DNA from: a virus
Lineage: Duplodnaviria > Caudoviricetes
Strand: one strand, 5' to 3'
DNA length: 43,363 nucleotides
IMG/VR virus record: IMGVR_UViG_3300049924_000085
Location: 1 to 43,363 of that record
Part shown: positions 18,771-25,970 of the stretch, one piece after another
How the letters are laid out: each line of letters opens with the position of its first letter
Numbering within the stretch: the stretch's first letter is position 1
Made by a program: the position numbers and the translations under genes
The notes under the pieces: model-generated
The model's database searches: none
Seen by the model: the letters and a program-made list of their open reading frames with translations, nothing else
What the model was told of the DNA's origin: nothing

Positions 18771-19201
18771 CAACTGAATTACGAAGAGTCCAACTGCGCC
18801 GTGGCACAGCGGCGGACTGGGCCGCCATCGACCCCGTGCTCGCGCAGGGGGAGCCCGGATTTGAGCATGACACTGGCGTGCTGAAGGTCGGAGACGGGTC
18901 AACGGCGTGGTCGGCGCTCCCGGCCGTGGCGTCGCCGACATCGGTCAGTACGGGCAGTAGCTCAAACATGTGGCCGGAAGACCCGATAGAGCCCGACATG
19001 CTTCTGATTCCAGGACCGACAGGCCCTGCGGGTCCCCCGGGTTCTGGGGGTAGTGGCGGTGGCGTTGTGCTGTGGCCGGAAGACCCGCCAGAGTCTGAAA
19101 CCGTGTACCAACTGCACCAGACAGTAACCGCGGCTAGCGCCACCGGTGGGCTTTCCCGGGGCAAGGCGCTGGACCTCTTTGGCTTGCCCAACTTACTCTA
19201 G
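18767..19201 (+). CDS. fibre-like protein with Mtd_N/hyaluronidase-type N-terminal domain and GXY stretch
   Basis: 'VQLRRGTAADWAAIDPVLAQGEPGFEHDTGVLKVGDGSTAWSALP'; 17-nt repeat TGTGGCCGGAAGACCCG (WPEDP) at 18969 and 19071. Confidence 0.8.
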   Translation: MTTELRRVQLRRGTAADWAAIDPVLAQGEPGFEHDTGVLKVGDGSTAWSALPAVASPTSVSTGSSSNMWPEDPIEPDMLLIPGPTGPAGPPGSGGSGGGVVLWPEDPPESETVYQLHQTVTAASATGGLSRGKALDLFGLPNLL

Positions 19202-19212
19202 AAGGAGGCCGT

Positions 19213-19623
19213 ATGGCCGGAAACACTGACCCCATCTACTCCCGTGTTGGTGACATCACCTGGGGCACGGTAGCTACGGCGAACACCGCCAAGGATGGTA
19301 CCGGAACGGTAGTCACCGTATTCACAGCGGACGCGACAAACGGCGGGCGAGTTGAGAAACTCAAGGTGAGGGCCGCGGGCACAAACGTCGCCACAGCACT
19401 TCGTGTGTTCCTCAACAACGGATCAAGCAACGCCACGCCAGCGAACAACACCCTGTACACTGAGATCACGGTGGCGGCCACCACCCTCAGCGAGGTAGCG
19501 GCGCTGGCAGATAACGAGATCACACTCAACCTCGCGCTCCCGCCCGGATACAAAATCAACATCACCATCGGCACTACCGTGGCTGCGGGGCTTCATGTCA
19601 CGGCAGTAGGCGGCAAGTACTAA
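19213..19623 (+). CDS. putative virion beta-sandwich protein
   Basis: AAGGAGG RBS; 136 aa, Thr/Ala/Val-rich; 'TANTAKDGTGT'. Confidence 0.65.
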   Translation: MAGNTDPIYSRVGDITWGTVATANTAKDGTGTVVTVFTADATNGGRVEKLKVRAAGTNVATALRVFLNNGSSNATPANNTLYTEITVAATTLSEVAALADNEITLNLALPPGYKINITIGTTVAAGLHVTAVGGKY

Positions 19624-19624
19624 A

Positions 19625-20275
19625 GTGGCCCTGCAAGACATGGGTGGGTACCCTGATAACCCCGGTGGGGTCACGGGACAGGATGCGAGGGGCTACGTTA
19701 ACATGGCGCCCTGGAGCAATGCTGTCATGCCTTCTGGCCTTACCTTTGGCTCCTCCAACTTGCACGTTGTTCGGCACGTTAACACCGGGGTAGCGGCCAC
19801 CCGCGCCATGTTTCACTCTCGCCGCCGGACTACCGGCAAGCGGGCCATCCGCTTCCTGGCGCAGGCTGCGGCTATCAATAGTTCTGGGCCGGCTGTGGGG
19901 TTACTCGCGGATGCGTCTATTGGTACGGGTATTGGCCTGACGGCAAACAGCACTGCCATGTGGGTCAACGAAGGAGCCGTAGGAGAGCGTGCGTACCGCA
20001 ACGGCGGCAGTACCGAGCTAGGGAACCTCGCCGCGTACGACCGCCTCATGGAGGGCATGATCGAGGTTGACTTTGATTTGGGTCGCGTGTGGTTTGGCGG
20101 GGGCGGGGTGTTTGTCGGAAACCCGGCAGCAGGCACTAGCCCGACGCACACATGGACCCCGGGTACCGCGTGGACTCTGGTCTTTGATCTTTTCTACCCT
20201 GGCACATCATTGGTGCTGTTGCAGCCCCATGAGTTTCGGACTGTCGCTACCGCGGGCTTTGACCCGGGCTGGTAG
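19625..20275 (+). CDS. SPRY/concanavalin-like domain protein (putative receptor binding)
   Basis: 'TGKR', 'AVGL', 'VDFDLGRVWFG...GNPAAGTSP'; more A/T-ending codons than core genes. Confidence 0.55.
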   Translation: MALQDMGGYPDNPGGVTGQDARGYVNMAPWSNAVMPSGLTFGSSNLHVVRHVNTGVAATRAMFHSRRRTTGKRAIRFLAQAAAINSSGPAVGLLADASIGTGIGLTANSTAMWVNEGAVGERAYRNGGSTELGNLAAYDRLMEGMIEVDFDLGRVWFGGGGVFVGNPAAGTSPTHTWTPGTAWTLVFDLFYPGTSLVLLQPHEFRTVATAGFDPGW

Positions 20276-20300
20276 CTTATCGACTTACTAAGGACACATC

Positions 20301-20666
20301 ATGCAGAACAAGGCATTCCGTTTCGGCCCCGTTGCCCTCGCAAACAGCGCGGCCAACGTCCTGAACCCTCCCACGGCCTCCGGTGGCGTCAATGCGGGCT
20401 CATCCTCGCAGTACATCATCCTGAAGCACATCCGCATCGTCAACAAGACGGGCAGTGCTGCCACCTTCACCGGCTACCTGGGTGCTACCGGCGCCTCGGC
20501 AGCGGGCACGGAAGTGATCGGAGTCGGCAAGAGCGTGCCGGCCAACGACTACGTTGACTGGTTCGGCTACCTGCGAATCGACGCGGCTGACTTCCTGGTC
20601 ATGCTCGCCTCCGCCGCCACAACTCTGACGATCCAGGGAGAGGGCGAGATTGGTGTGGCCGGCTAA
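20301..20666 (+). CDS. putative virion beta-sandwich protein
   Basis: AAGGA RBS; 121 aa; 'ILKHIRIVNKTGSAATF...SVPANDYVD'. Confidence 0.65.
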   Translation: MQNKAFRFGPVALANSAANVLNPPTASGGVNAGSSSQYIILKHIRIVNKTGSAATFTGYLGATGASAAGTEVIGVGKSVPANDYVDWFGYLRIDAADFLVMLASAATTLTIQGEGEIGVAG

Positions 20667-20967
20667 CGTGGGCGTAGGAGGCATCCTGGCGGTGGCTTTC
20701 GCCGGACTGTGCGTGGCACTGTACACACAGACAGTCCGCCTGGATGCCTCCAATCAGGAGAGGAAGGTCCTGCTTGCGGAAGTCGCGGCGGCCGACCGCA
20801 GCCGCAAGGCCGCGATCAAGGCCGCCTCCAATCGAGCGGCTGAGGCCGCAATCGCCCAGGAGCAGGCCCGCGTGGCCCGCAAGGCCCTGGACGAGGCCCT
20901 TCAGGGGCCCGCGAAGGAGTGGGCGGAGCAACCCGTGCCGCAGGAGGTCCTTGATGCGCTTCGTTGA
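20650..20967 (+). CDS. i-spanin (Rz-like)
   Basis: N-terminal TM helix, Ala-rich coiled coil, C-terminal 'WAEQPVPQEV'. Exact start uncertain. Confidence 0.85.
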   Translation: MVWPANVGVGGILAVAFAGLCVALYTQTVRLDASNQERKVLLAEVAAADRSRKAAIKAASNRAAEAAIAQEQARVARKALDEALQGPAKEWAEQPVPQEVLDALR

Positions 20968-21232
20968 TCGCAAGTACATCGCCGCGCCGGCCATCCTGAC
21001 CGCAATCTGGGTCATCGGCCTCTGTTTCCTGCTCTCTGGCTGCTTCGCGACCACCGGTGGAAGCCAGCAGCCCGTTCCAGAGGAGTTTCTGGCCGAGTGC
21101 CGTGCCCTGGACCGGGAAATACGGACCAACGGGGACCTCGCGAAGGCCCTGAAGGACCACAAGGAAGCCCTCGCGGCCTGTAATTTGGACAAGAAGGCTA
21201 TCCGGCAGTGGTCCGACGGCCTTGTGGAGTAA
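20954..21232 (+). CDS. o-spanin (Rz1-like lipoprotein)
   Basis: GGAGG RBS; lipobox 'LLSGC'; 'TNGDL...ALAACNLDKKAIRQW'. Confidence 0.85.
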   Translation: MRFVDRKYIAAPAILTAIWVIGLCFLLSGCFATTGGSQQPVPEEFLAECRALDREIRTNGDLAKALKDHKEALAACNLDKKAIRQWSDGLVE

Positions 21233-21234
21233 TC

Positions 21235-22134
21235 ATGGCGAACGCATTCATTGTGATGGTCGGACCTGACGGCAACCTAGTACAAATTCCAACGTCTATT
21301 CAGGAAATCGTGGCCAACGACGTGGACGGCGCCAACTCTGGTCAGCGCCCGCATCTTCTGCGCCCCGGAGCCGCGTACCTCGTAACGGACTTGGGCGCAC
21401 TGTACGCCAGCGATGGTGCAACTCTGGCCCCCGCAGAGCCGGCCCCCGGCGGTGGCGGTGGCGGAGGACCCACGTCATTTACCGACCTTGATGATGCGCC
21501 GGCATCGTATAGTGGGCTCGCAAACAATGTTTTGTGCGTCAACGCTGAAGAAACCGCCGTGGGCGTCGCTACAGACTTTGTGTCGGATGTAGTAGTAAAG
21601 GCGGGTAACTCACACGCCGCATACGTGACCGGCGGCGATGGGGGCGGCCCGGTCTACGTGACCGGCGGGGATGACGGCGGGGCCGTCTACGTGACCGGCG
21701 GCGATGGGGGCGATGTAATCATCAGTGGGGGGGATACTGGTGATGTCAGAATCTCCGGCGGACTGGGCGGCGGGGTGATAGAACTCGCAGGCTCTGTTGG
21801 CGGCCCAGTGGCGATCACCGGAGGCGCTGACTCCGGTGGCGTAAATATACAGGGCGGCACTTACGGAGCAGAAAACGGCGCTAGTGACGTTTCAATCACC
21901 ACTTCGGACGGCGGTGGCATAACCATAGCCGCCTCGGCCGGTTTGGGCGGGGAGGGTCGGGTTGAAATCTCCTCGGACGGTGGTAGTGGTGGCGGCATTG
22001 GACTAGTCGCGGGCGATGGCGGGATCACTCTGAACACCGCTTTGCTCGTCTTGGCCAATTTGCCGACATCCGATCCGGCGGTTGAAAACGCCGTATGGAA
22101 CGACGCTGGCACCCTGAAGATTTCCGCCGGCTGA
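21235..22134 (+). CDS. glycine-rich repeat fibre/spike-like protein
   Basis: 299 aa; 'SFTDLDDAPASYSG'; repeated (V/I)x(V/I)(T/S)GG units; C-terminal 'LPTSDP....VWNDAGTLKIS'. Confidence 0.7.
   Translation: MANAFIVMVGPDGNLVQIPTSIQEIVANDVDGANSGQRPHLLRPGAAYLVTDLGALYASDGATLAPAEPAPGGGGGGGPTSFTDLDDAPASYSGLANNVLCVNAEETAVGVATDFVSDVVVKAGNSHAAYVTGGDGGGPVYVTGGDDGGAVYVTGGDGGDVIISGGDTGDVRISGGLGGGVIELAGSVGGPVAITGGADSGGVNIQGGTYGAENGASDVSITTSDGGGITIAASAGLGGEGRVEISSDGGSGGGIGLVAGDGGITLNTALLVLANLPTSDPAVENAVWNDAGTLKISAG
21622..21714 (+). repeat. 33-nt tandem repeat (x3)
   Basis: TACGTGACCGGCGG starts at 21622, 21655 and 21688, encoding YVTGGD. Confidence 0.9.
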
Positions 22135-22143
22135 AGTTAGTAG

Positions 22144-22169
22144 GCACTCACGTTAGTGGGCGCTTTCTT
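22144..22169 (+). terminator. weak putative intrinsic terminator
   Basis: GCACTCAC-GTTA-GTGGGCGC imperfect stem plus TTTCTT, after the last large late gene. Confidence 0.4.
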
Positions 22170-22174
22170 ATCCC

Positions 22175-22258
22175 GGGCCCTAGAAGGCCGCCGAAAGCGT
22201 CAGGCCATACTGGTATCCCCTACCACCTGATCGTTCAATGGCGGCCCTTCTAGGGCCC
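22175..22258. repeat. long imperfect inverted repeat
   Basis: GGGCCCTAGAAGGCCGCC / GGCGGCCCTTCTAGGGCCC enclosing TCAGG/CCTGA and TGGTA/TACCA. Confidence 0.85.
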
Positions 22259-22285
22259 TTCCTGAGCATTCCGGGAGATCGCACA

Positions 22286-22479
22286 ATGTCAATCATCCTT
22301 CACACCATGATGGTCACGCCAGCGGGCGATACCGTCCTCGCGCCCGTCCGCGTCAAGCTCCTCACCCCGGAGACCGTTGCGGCGGCGCAGGCCGGGCAGC
22401 GTCCCAGGAAATCGTCATCCCGCCGGTCGGCACTCTGACCTTCACCCACGGCATCCTGACTGGCTTTGAACCGGCCTAG
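22286..22479 (+). pseudogene. small gene with apparent frameshift
   Basis: GGGAG RBS and ATG at 22286; frame stops at 22438; the -1 frame from ~22396 reads ASQEIVIPPVGTLTFTHGILTGFEPA*. Confidence 0.4.
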
Positions 22480-22497
22480 GAGCCCGAAAGGCTATCC

Positions 22498-22665
22498 ATG
22501 CGCAGAGCACCACCGGCCCACAAGGCCACAACTAATCCGCCCGGCCAATCCCGCACGCGGCCGGAGCCCCCGGAGCCCTTGCCGTTCGGGCATGACACCA
22601 GATTGCCCCGCCGGCTGAAGAAGGCCGCCAAGGACCCGCGCTCGGGATCGGACGGCCAAGCATGA
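22498..22665 (+). CDS. hypothetical 55-aa protein
   Basis: AAAGG upstream; ATGA overlap with the next ORF. Confidence 0.35.
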   Translation: MRRAPPAHKATTNPPGQSRTRPEPPEPLPFGHDTRLPRRLKKAAKDPRSGSDGQA

Positions 22666-22754
22666 CCCGGATCATCTACCTGAACGCCTCCGGGCACAAG
22701 TTCACCTTCGCCTCCACGGATGACGCAGCCCTGGACCGCCTCCTGCTAAGTTAG
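22662..22754 (+). CDS. hypothetical 30-aa protein
   Basis: MTRIIYLNASGHKFTFASTDDAALDRLLLS; phage-typical codons; ATGA coupling. Confidence 0.35.
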   Translation: MTRIIYLNASGHKFTFASTDDAALDRLLLS

Positions 22755-22808
22755 CGCGTACTCACAGGGAACCCGGCATAAACACTGAGAATTTCACATA
22801 ATGAAAAG

Positions 22809-22829
22809 GACGCTGACGAGTCTGTAGGG
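22809..22829 (+). promoter_or_regulatory. putative phage RNAP promoter near the right genome end (phiOR-like)
   Basis: GACGCTGACGAGTCTGTAGGG, preceded by an AT-rich stretch; TGTA|GG parallels T7 TATA|GG. Confidence 0.7.
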
Positions 22830-23023
22830 CCGGCCCCTCCAAGGAGGCAGACACCGCCGGGTGAGAACCCCGGGGATTCAGTCTTCGACAGTGATCGTGC
22901 GAAGGATGACGGAGTGCTACGCGCAGGCTTGTAACAAAGCCTCGGACCCAAATCTGCTTCGCACACACGAAGGGGCTCCCCACCTCCCGCGGCCCGGCCT
23001 TCCCCCCGTGCCACCCCTCGCGC

Positions 23024-23146
23024 CCCAGTGTGCGCTCACTCACATAGCCCTAAGTGAGCACGCACTCACCATGCCCGGACGCCCAGGCAGAGGCAAGTGA
23101 GCACTCACGCACACACGGAGGCGGCCTGTCCCTTTTGCCCAGTGTG
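23024..23146. repeat. cluster of short repeats, probable terminal-repeat/genome-end region
   Basis: AAGTGAGCAC at 23052 and 23095; GCACTCAC at 23062 and 23101; CCCAGTGTG at 23024 and 23138; lies between the late genes and early host promoters. Confidence 0.5.
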
Positions 23147-23223
23147 ATAGCTAGTGCTCGCTTCCCTTTTGCATGGCGGAATGTGGTTTCATCGCCACGT
23201 CAGGCTCATGTAAGGTTCGTGGT

Positions 23224-23418
23224 GCACATTAGCGGTCTCGGTTGATGAGGCGCACGACGCGCACTCAGGCTACTGACCGGTGCGTCCACTCGGTGCGCAC
23301 CGCGATGACCCGCGAGGGTCAGGGAGAAGGTCCGCGAGGGCTTGTTGTAAGGACGCCACAAGGGTTTACCCTGTTGACGGGCGCTCAGACTTCAGGCACA
23401 TTAGCGGTCTCGGTTGAT
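23224..23418 (+). repeat. 23-nt direct repeat GCACATTAGCGGTCTCGGTTGAT (23224-23246, 23396-23418)
   Basis: Exact match seen; the second copy covers the -10 and start region of a sigma70 promoter. Confidence 0.9.
23374..23402 (+). promoter_or_regulatory. host sigma70 early promoter
   Basis: TTGACG-N17-CACATT. Confidence 0.65.
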
Positions 23419-23464
23419 CCTAACGGCGCGAGTCGCTGCTAGGGTCTGCCGATAAGGTAGGGGC

Positions 23465-23493
23465 TTGACAGTTCGCTGCAAGTCAGGTAAGAT
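23465..23493 (+). promoter_or_regulatory. host sigma70 early promoter (strong)
   Basis: TTGACA-N17-TAAGAT. Confidence 0.88.
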
Positions 23494-23519
23494 GCTCTTT
23501 CGGTGTAGTATGCTGGTTG

Positions 23520-23799
23520 ATGGAACCCGCTAGCCTAGGTGTTCTAGGCGCGTCCATACAGGGACAAGCGATGGCTGGATACCGTGCGGATGACACCCGG
23601 GAACCGACCCGTAATAATCGGGGGCTGAGGATCGTTTCCTAGGTCCGCCATGCACCACTGGGTGCCGCTGCGCGGGTTATTAGGATGAATCCAGCCCGGG
23701 AGTCTGACTTGTCCAGACGTTCCCGGGAGTGCGAGGGTGTGAACCACGCATGCCACCAAATAGCTCGGGCTAACCCTCACTCGTGAGGCATGCCCGGGC
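23520..23799 (+). ncRNA. candidate structured leader RNA
   Basis: No credible ORF; successive stems, an 8-bp long-range helix and a possible pseudoknot (see findings). Confidence 0.5.
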
Positions 23800-23837
23800 A
23801 GACAATCAGAGGGTCACGTGTGGCCTTGTGATTGTCT
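23800..23837 (+). promoter_or_regulatory. putative RNase III processing stem
   Basis: AGACAATCA-GAGGGTCAC-GT-GTGGCCTTG-TGATTGTCT; the 3' arm resembles T7 R1.1 (GUGGCCUUUAUGAUUG, from memory). Confidence 0.55.
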
Positions 23838-23851
23838 CAACGGAGGGTGCT

Positions 23852-24103
23852 ATGGCACACAAGGAAGTCAAGGACATTCACGGACAAGGCCCGACGACCA
23901 TTCAGATCACGGCGGCGCTGAAGAAACTGCATCGTCAGGGTCTGGTCGCGTCAGCCGTCAAGCACTACAAGGCGGATCGGATCGCCTACAAGGCCACCCG
24001 CGGCACGCAATCCGCGCTGCGCCTCGCCGGCAAGCGGCCGGGCCCGGTCATCCTGCGCCCTGAACTGGTCCGCGAGATGAATGCCAAGCTCCAAGCGGCA
24101 TGA
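23852..24103 (+). CDS. first early protein, hypothetical (basic)
   Basis: GGAGG RBS; 83 aa. Confidence 0.75.
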   Translation: MAHKEVKDIHGQGPTTIQITAALKKLHRQGLVASAVKHYKADRIAYKATRGTQSALRLAGKRPGPVILRPELVREMNAKLQAA

Positions 24104-24198
24104 TCACGGCCGCAGTCACCACGGTCGGACTGTGCGCCTTCATCCTCGCCACCGCGAACTGGATCGCGGATCAAGTGATGGAGCGCGTATGGCGCTGA
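24100..24198 (+). CDS. 32-aa membrane peptide
   Basis: MITAAVTTVGLCAFILATANWIADQVMERVWR; start and stop both overlap neighbouring genes. Confidence 0.6.
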   Translation: MITAAVTTVGLCAFILATANWIADQVMERVWR

Positions 24199-24374
24199 TG
24201 GCATTGATCGACAAGGCCCGCGTGCTGGAACTGGCGCGCGAGCAAGGCCATGTGCCACTGGCGAGTCAGGTGTTCTCATCCATGCTCGGCGCGCACCGTT
24301 GGCTAAGCGAGCACGGGGGCAAGTCCGCAACCGTGCTACGCCTAGGGGTTAGTGCGTTCATCGTAGTAGCGTAG
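24198..24374 (+). CDS. hypothetical early protein
   Basis: TGATG coupling; 58 aa. Confidence 0.55.
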   Translation: MALIDKARVLELAREQGHVPLASQVFSSMLGAHRWLSEHGGKSATVLRLGVSAFIVVA

Positions 24375-24471
24375 CCCATAGGCCACCGAGCGTGGCCCTT
24401 GGAGTGCGCTTGCACTCGGATGGCATTCGCCACCCGCAACCGGCCCGTGGGGCCACAAGGGGATACCTGAC

Positions 24472-24984
24472 ATGGAATTGAAAGACCTGTACTCTGCCAT
24501 CGACAAGTTCGCGAAGCAGGGCAAGACCTGGGCCGACCAAGGCCACAAGCTGGCCGTCGCCACGCTGGAACATCTCGTCAAGTCGCACGGTGATGTGGGC
24601 GCGGTGAACCGCCTGTACCTCGCCATGCCCGCCGGCTCCAAGAGCACCGCGCTGGTGTCGTGGTTCCTGACCTACGGCGCCGTGGTGGCGAACGTGGACA
24701 AGGACAGCAAGGGCGAGAAGCCGTTCGTGTTCGCCAAGGACAAGGTGACGAACGTCGCCGGTGGCCGCGCCGACCCGTGGTACAACCACAAGCCGGAACC
24801 CGCGCCGGACATGGAGTTCGACGTGCAGAAGGCGCTGGCGGGCATCCTCCAGAAGGCCAAGAAGATGAGCGAGAAGGGTGGCACGGTCAAGGGCAGCGAA
24901 CTGCTGCTCGAAATCGAAGCCATCGCTGCCGGCGAGAAGAAGTCGCCGAGCACGGAACCGGCTGCCGGCGCCGACATGCAGTAA
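24472..24984 (+). CDS. conserved early protein of phiKMV/SP6-like phages
   Basis: 'HGDV...L..AMPAG....AL..WF..YG...PWY'; strong codon bias. Confidence 0.8.
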   Translation: MELKDLYSAIDKFAKQGKTWADQGHKLAVATLEHLVKSHGDVGAVNRLYLAMPAGSKSTALVSWFLTYGAVVANVDKDSKGEKPFVFAKDKVTNVAGGRADPWYNHKPEPAPDMEFDVQKALAGILQKAKKMSEKGGTVKGSELLLEIEAIAAGEKKSPSTEPAAGADMQ

Positions 24985-25096
24985 CGCTCAGCGGCGGGTG
25001 ACTCTGTGGCCCGCCTGCTACTGCTGACGAGCGCAGCCCCTCGCCCACCGTTATCGGCGGGCCTGGGAGTGCGTTTGCACTGCTACAAGGATCGAG

Positions 25097-25195
25097 ATGC
25101 GTGAATGGCAAATGATCATCGCCCGCGACATGGTGGAGTCCGCGACGTGGAGCGCGTGGTTCGACGACGTGCCGCTCTCATGGGTGGCCGCATGA
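25097..25195 (+). CDS. 32-aa hypothetical protein
   Basis: AAGGA RBS; MREWQMIIARDMVESATWSAWFDDVPLSWVAA; ATGA overlap with the next gene. Confidence 0.5.
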   Translation: MREWQMIIARDMVESATWSAWFDDVPLSWVAA

Positions 25196-25395
25196 AACCC
25201 GCCCGCATTCTGCCTGATGGCAGCGTGGAGTACGTCCTGCGCTGGCTGAAGTACCACCGCAACAAGGCTGCGGAAACCGCGTGGGCCCGCATCGTAGGCC
25301 CCGCCGCGTTCGCTCACGCTGCCGCGGACAGTGCGTGGTCCAAGCTGCAATGCGATCCGGACACCGAAGTCCTGACATCCCGTCCCACCATGTGA
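25192..25395 (+). CDS. hypothetical early protein
   Basis: 67 aa; coupled start. Confidence 0.6.
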   Translation: MKPARILPDGSVEYVLRWLKYHRNKAAETAWARIVGPAAFAHAAADSAWSKLQCDPDTEVLTSRPTM

Positions 25396-25404
25396 AAGGC
25401 TCGT

Positions 25405-25560
25405 ATGAGCAGAATCCCGACCGATTCCCGCGGCGCGTTCCGCAGGTACTTCGTGCCGACCTTCCTGCACTGCGCCGGCATCGCGTCCGGCCTGGGCGTG
25501 GGGCTGGTGTTCGGCATCATGCTCGGGGTGGCATCAGCGATGCTCGCCCTGAGCCAGTGA
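25405..25560 (+). CDS. 51-aa membrane protein
   Basis: MSRIPTDSRGAFRRYFVPTFLHCAGIASGLGVGLVFGIMLGVASAMLALSQ; GxxxG-rich TM segment. Confidence 0.6.
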   Translation: MSRIPTDSRGAFRRYFVPTFLHCAGIASGLGVGLVFGIMLGVASAMLALSQ

Positions 25561-25970
25561 GCCGGGTCATCAGCGGCGGGGCGACCTTCGCCCTGCACGC
25601 TGCCCTGATCCTGGCCGCTGTGGCATCCTGTGCTGTGCCGCAGATTCCACCGCCACCCATCGAGCGTGAAGCCCGCGGTGAGCCCGCGATGGAAATCACG
25701 CTGATAGCAACCTCGGCGCAAGGCACGCTGACGTGCCCGTACCATTACGATGGTGTGGGCTTCAAGCACAACTGGTCCGGCGTGATCCTGGGCGTGGCAC
25801 CAACGGCGCCAGCGGATCGCGCTGGATTCACTGTTGGCGATCAGGTCCGAGGCTTCGAGATGCTGGACCAACTGAAGGCGGGTGACTGGATCACCCTGGA
25901 GCGTCTTGAAGGCGAGCGGTGGGTCAAGCACCGCATGCCCGTAGAGACGATATGCCAAGAAATAAGCTGA
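25557..25970 (+). CDS. membrane-anchored/lipoprotein PDZ-domain protein
   Basis: Signal with 'VASC'; 'YDGVGF' carboxylate-binding-loop-like motif; 'VAPTAPADRAGFTVGDQV' PDZ signature. Confidence 0.7.
   Translation: MSRVISGGATFALHAALILAAVASCAVPQIPPPPIEREARGEPAMEITLIATSAQGTLTCPYHYDGVGFKHNWSGVILGVAPTAPADRAGFTVGDQVRGFEMLDQLKAGDWITLERLEGERWVKHRMPVETICQEIS

Noticed and set aside
18767-19201. Diversity-generating retroelement suggested by the Mtd_N domain
   Set aside because: No reverse transcriptase and no TR/VR pair with adenine-specific mismatches seen.
23024-23418. CRISPR-like array
   Set aside because: Only two copies of the 23-mer, 172 nt apart; other repeats are short and irregular; no cas genes.
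24397-24460. tRNA-like cloverleaf
   Set aside because: No TTC T-loop, D-loop GG, 7-nt anticodon loop or CCA; kept only as a structured motif.
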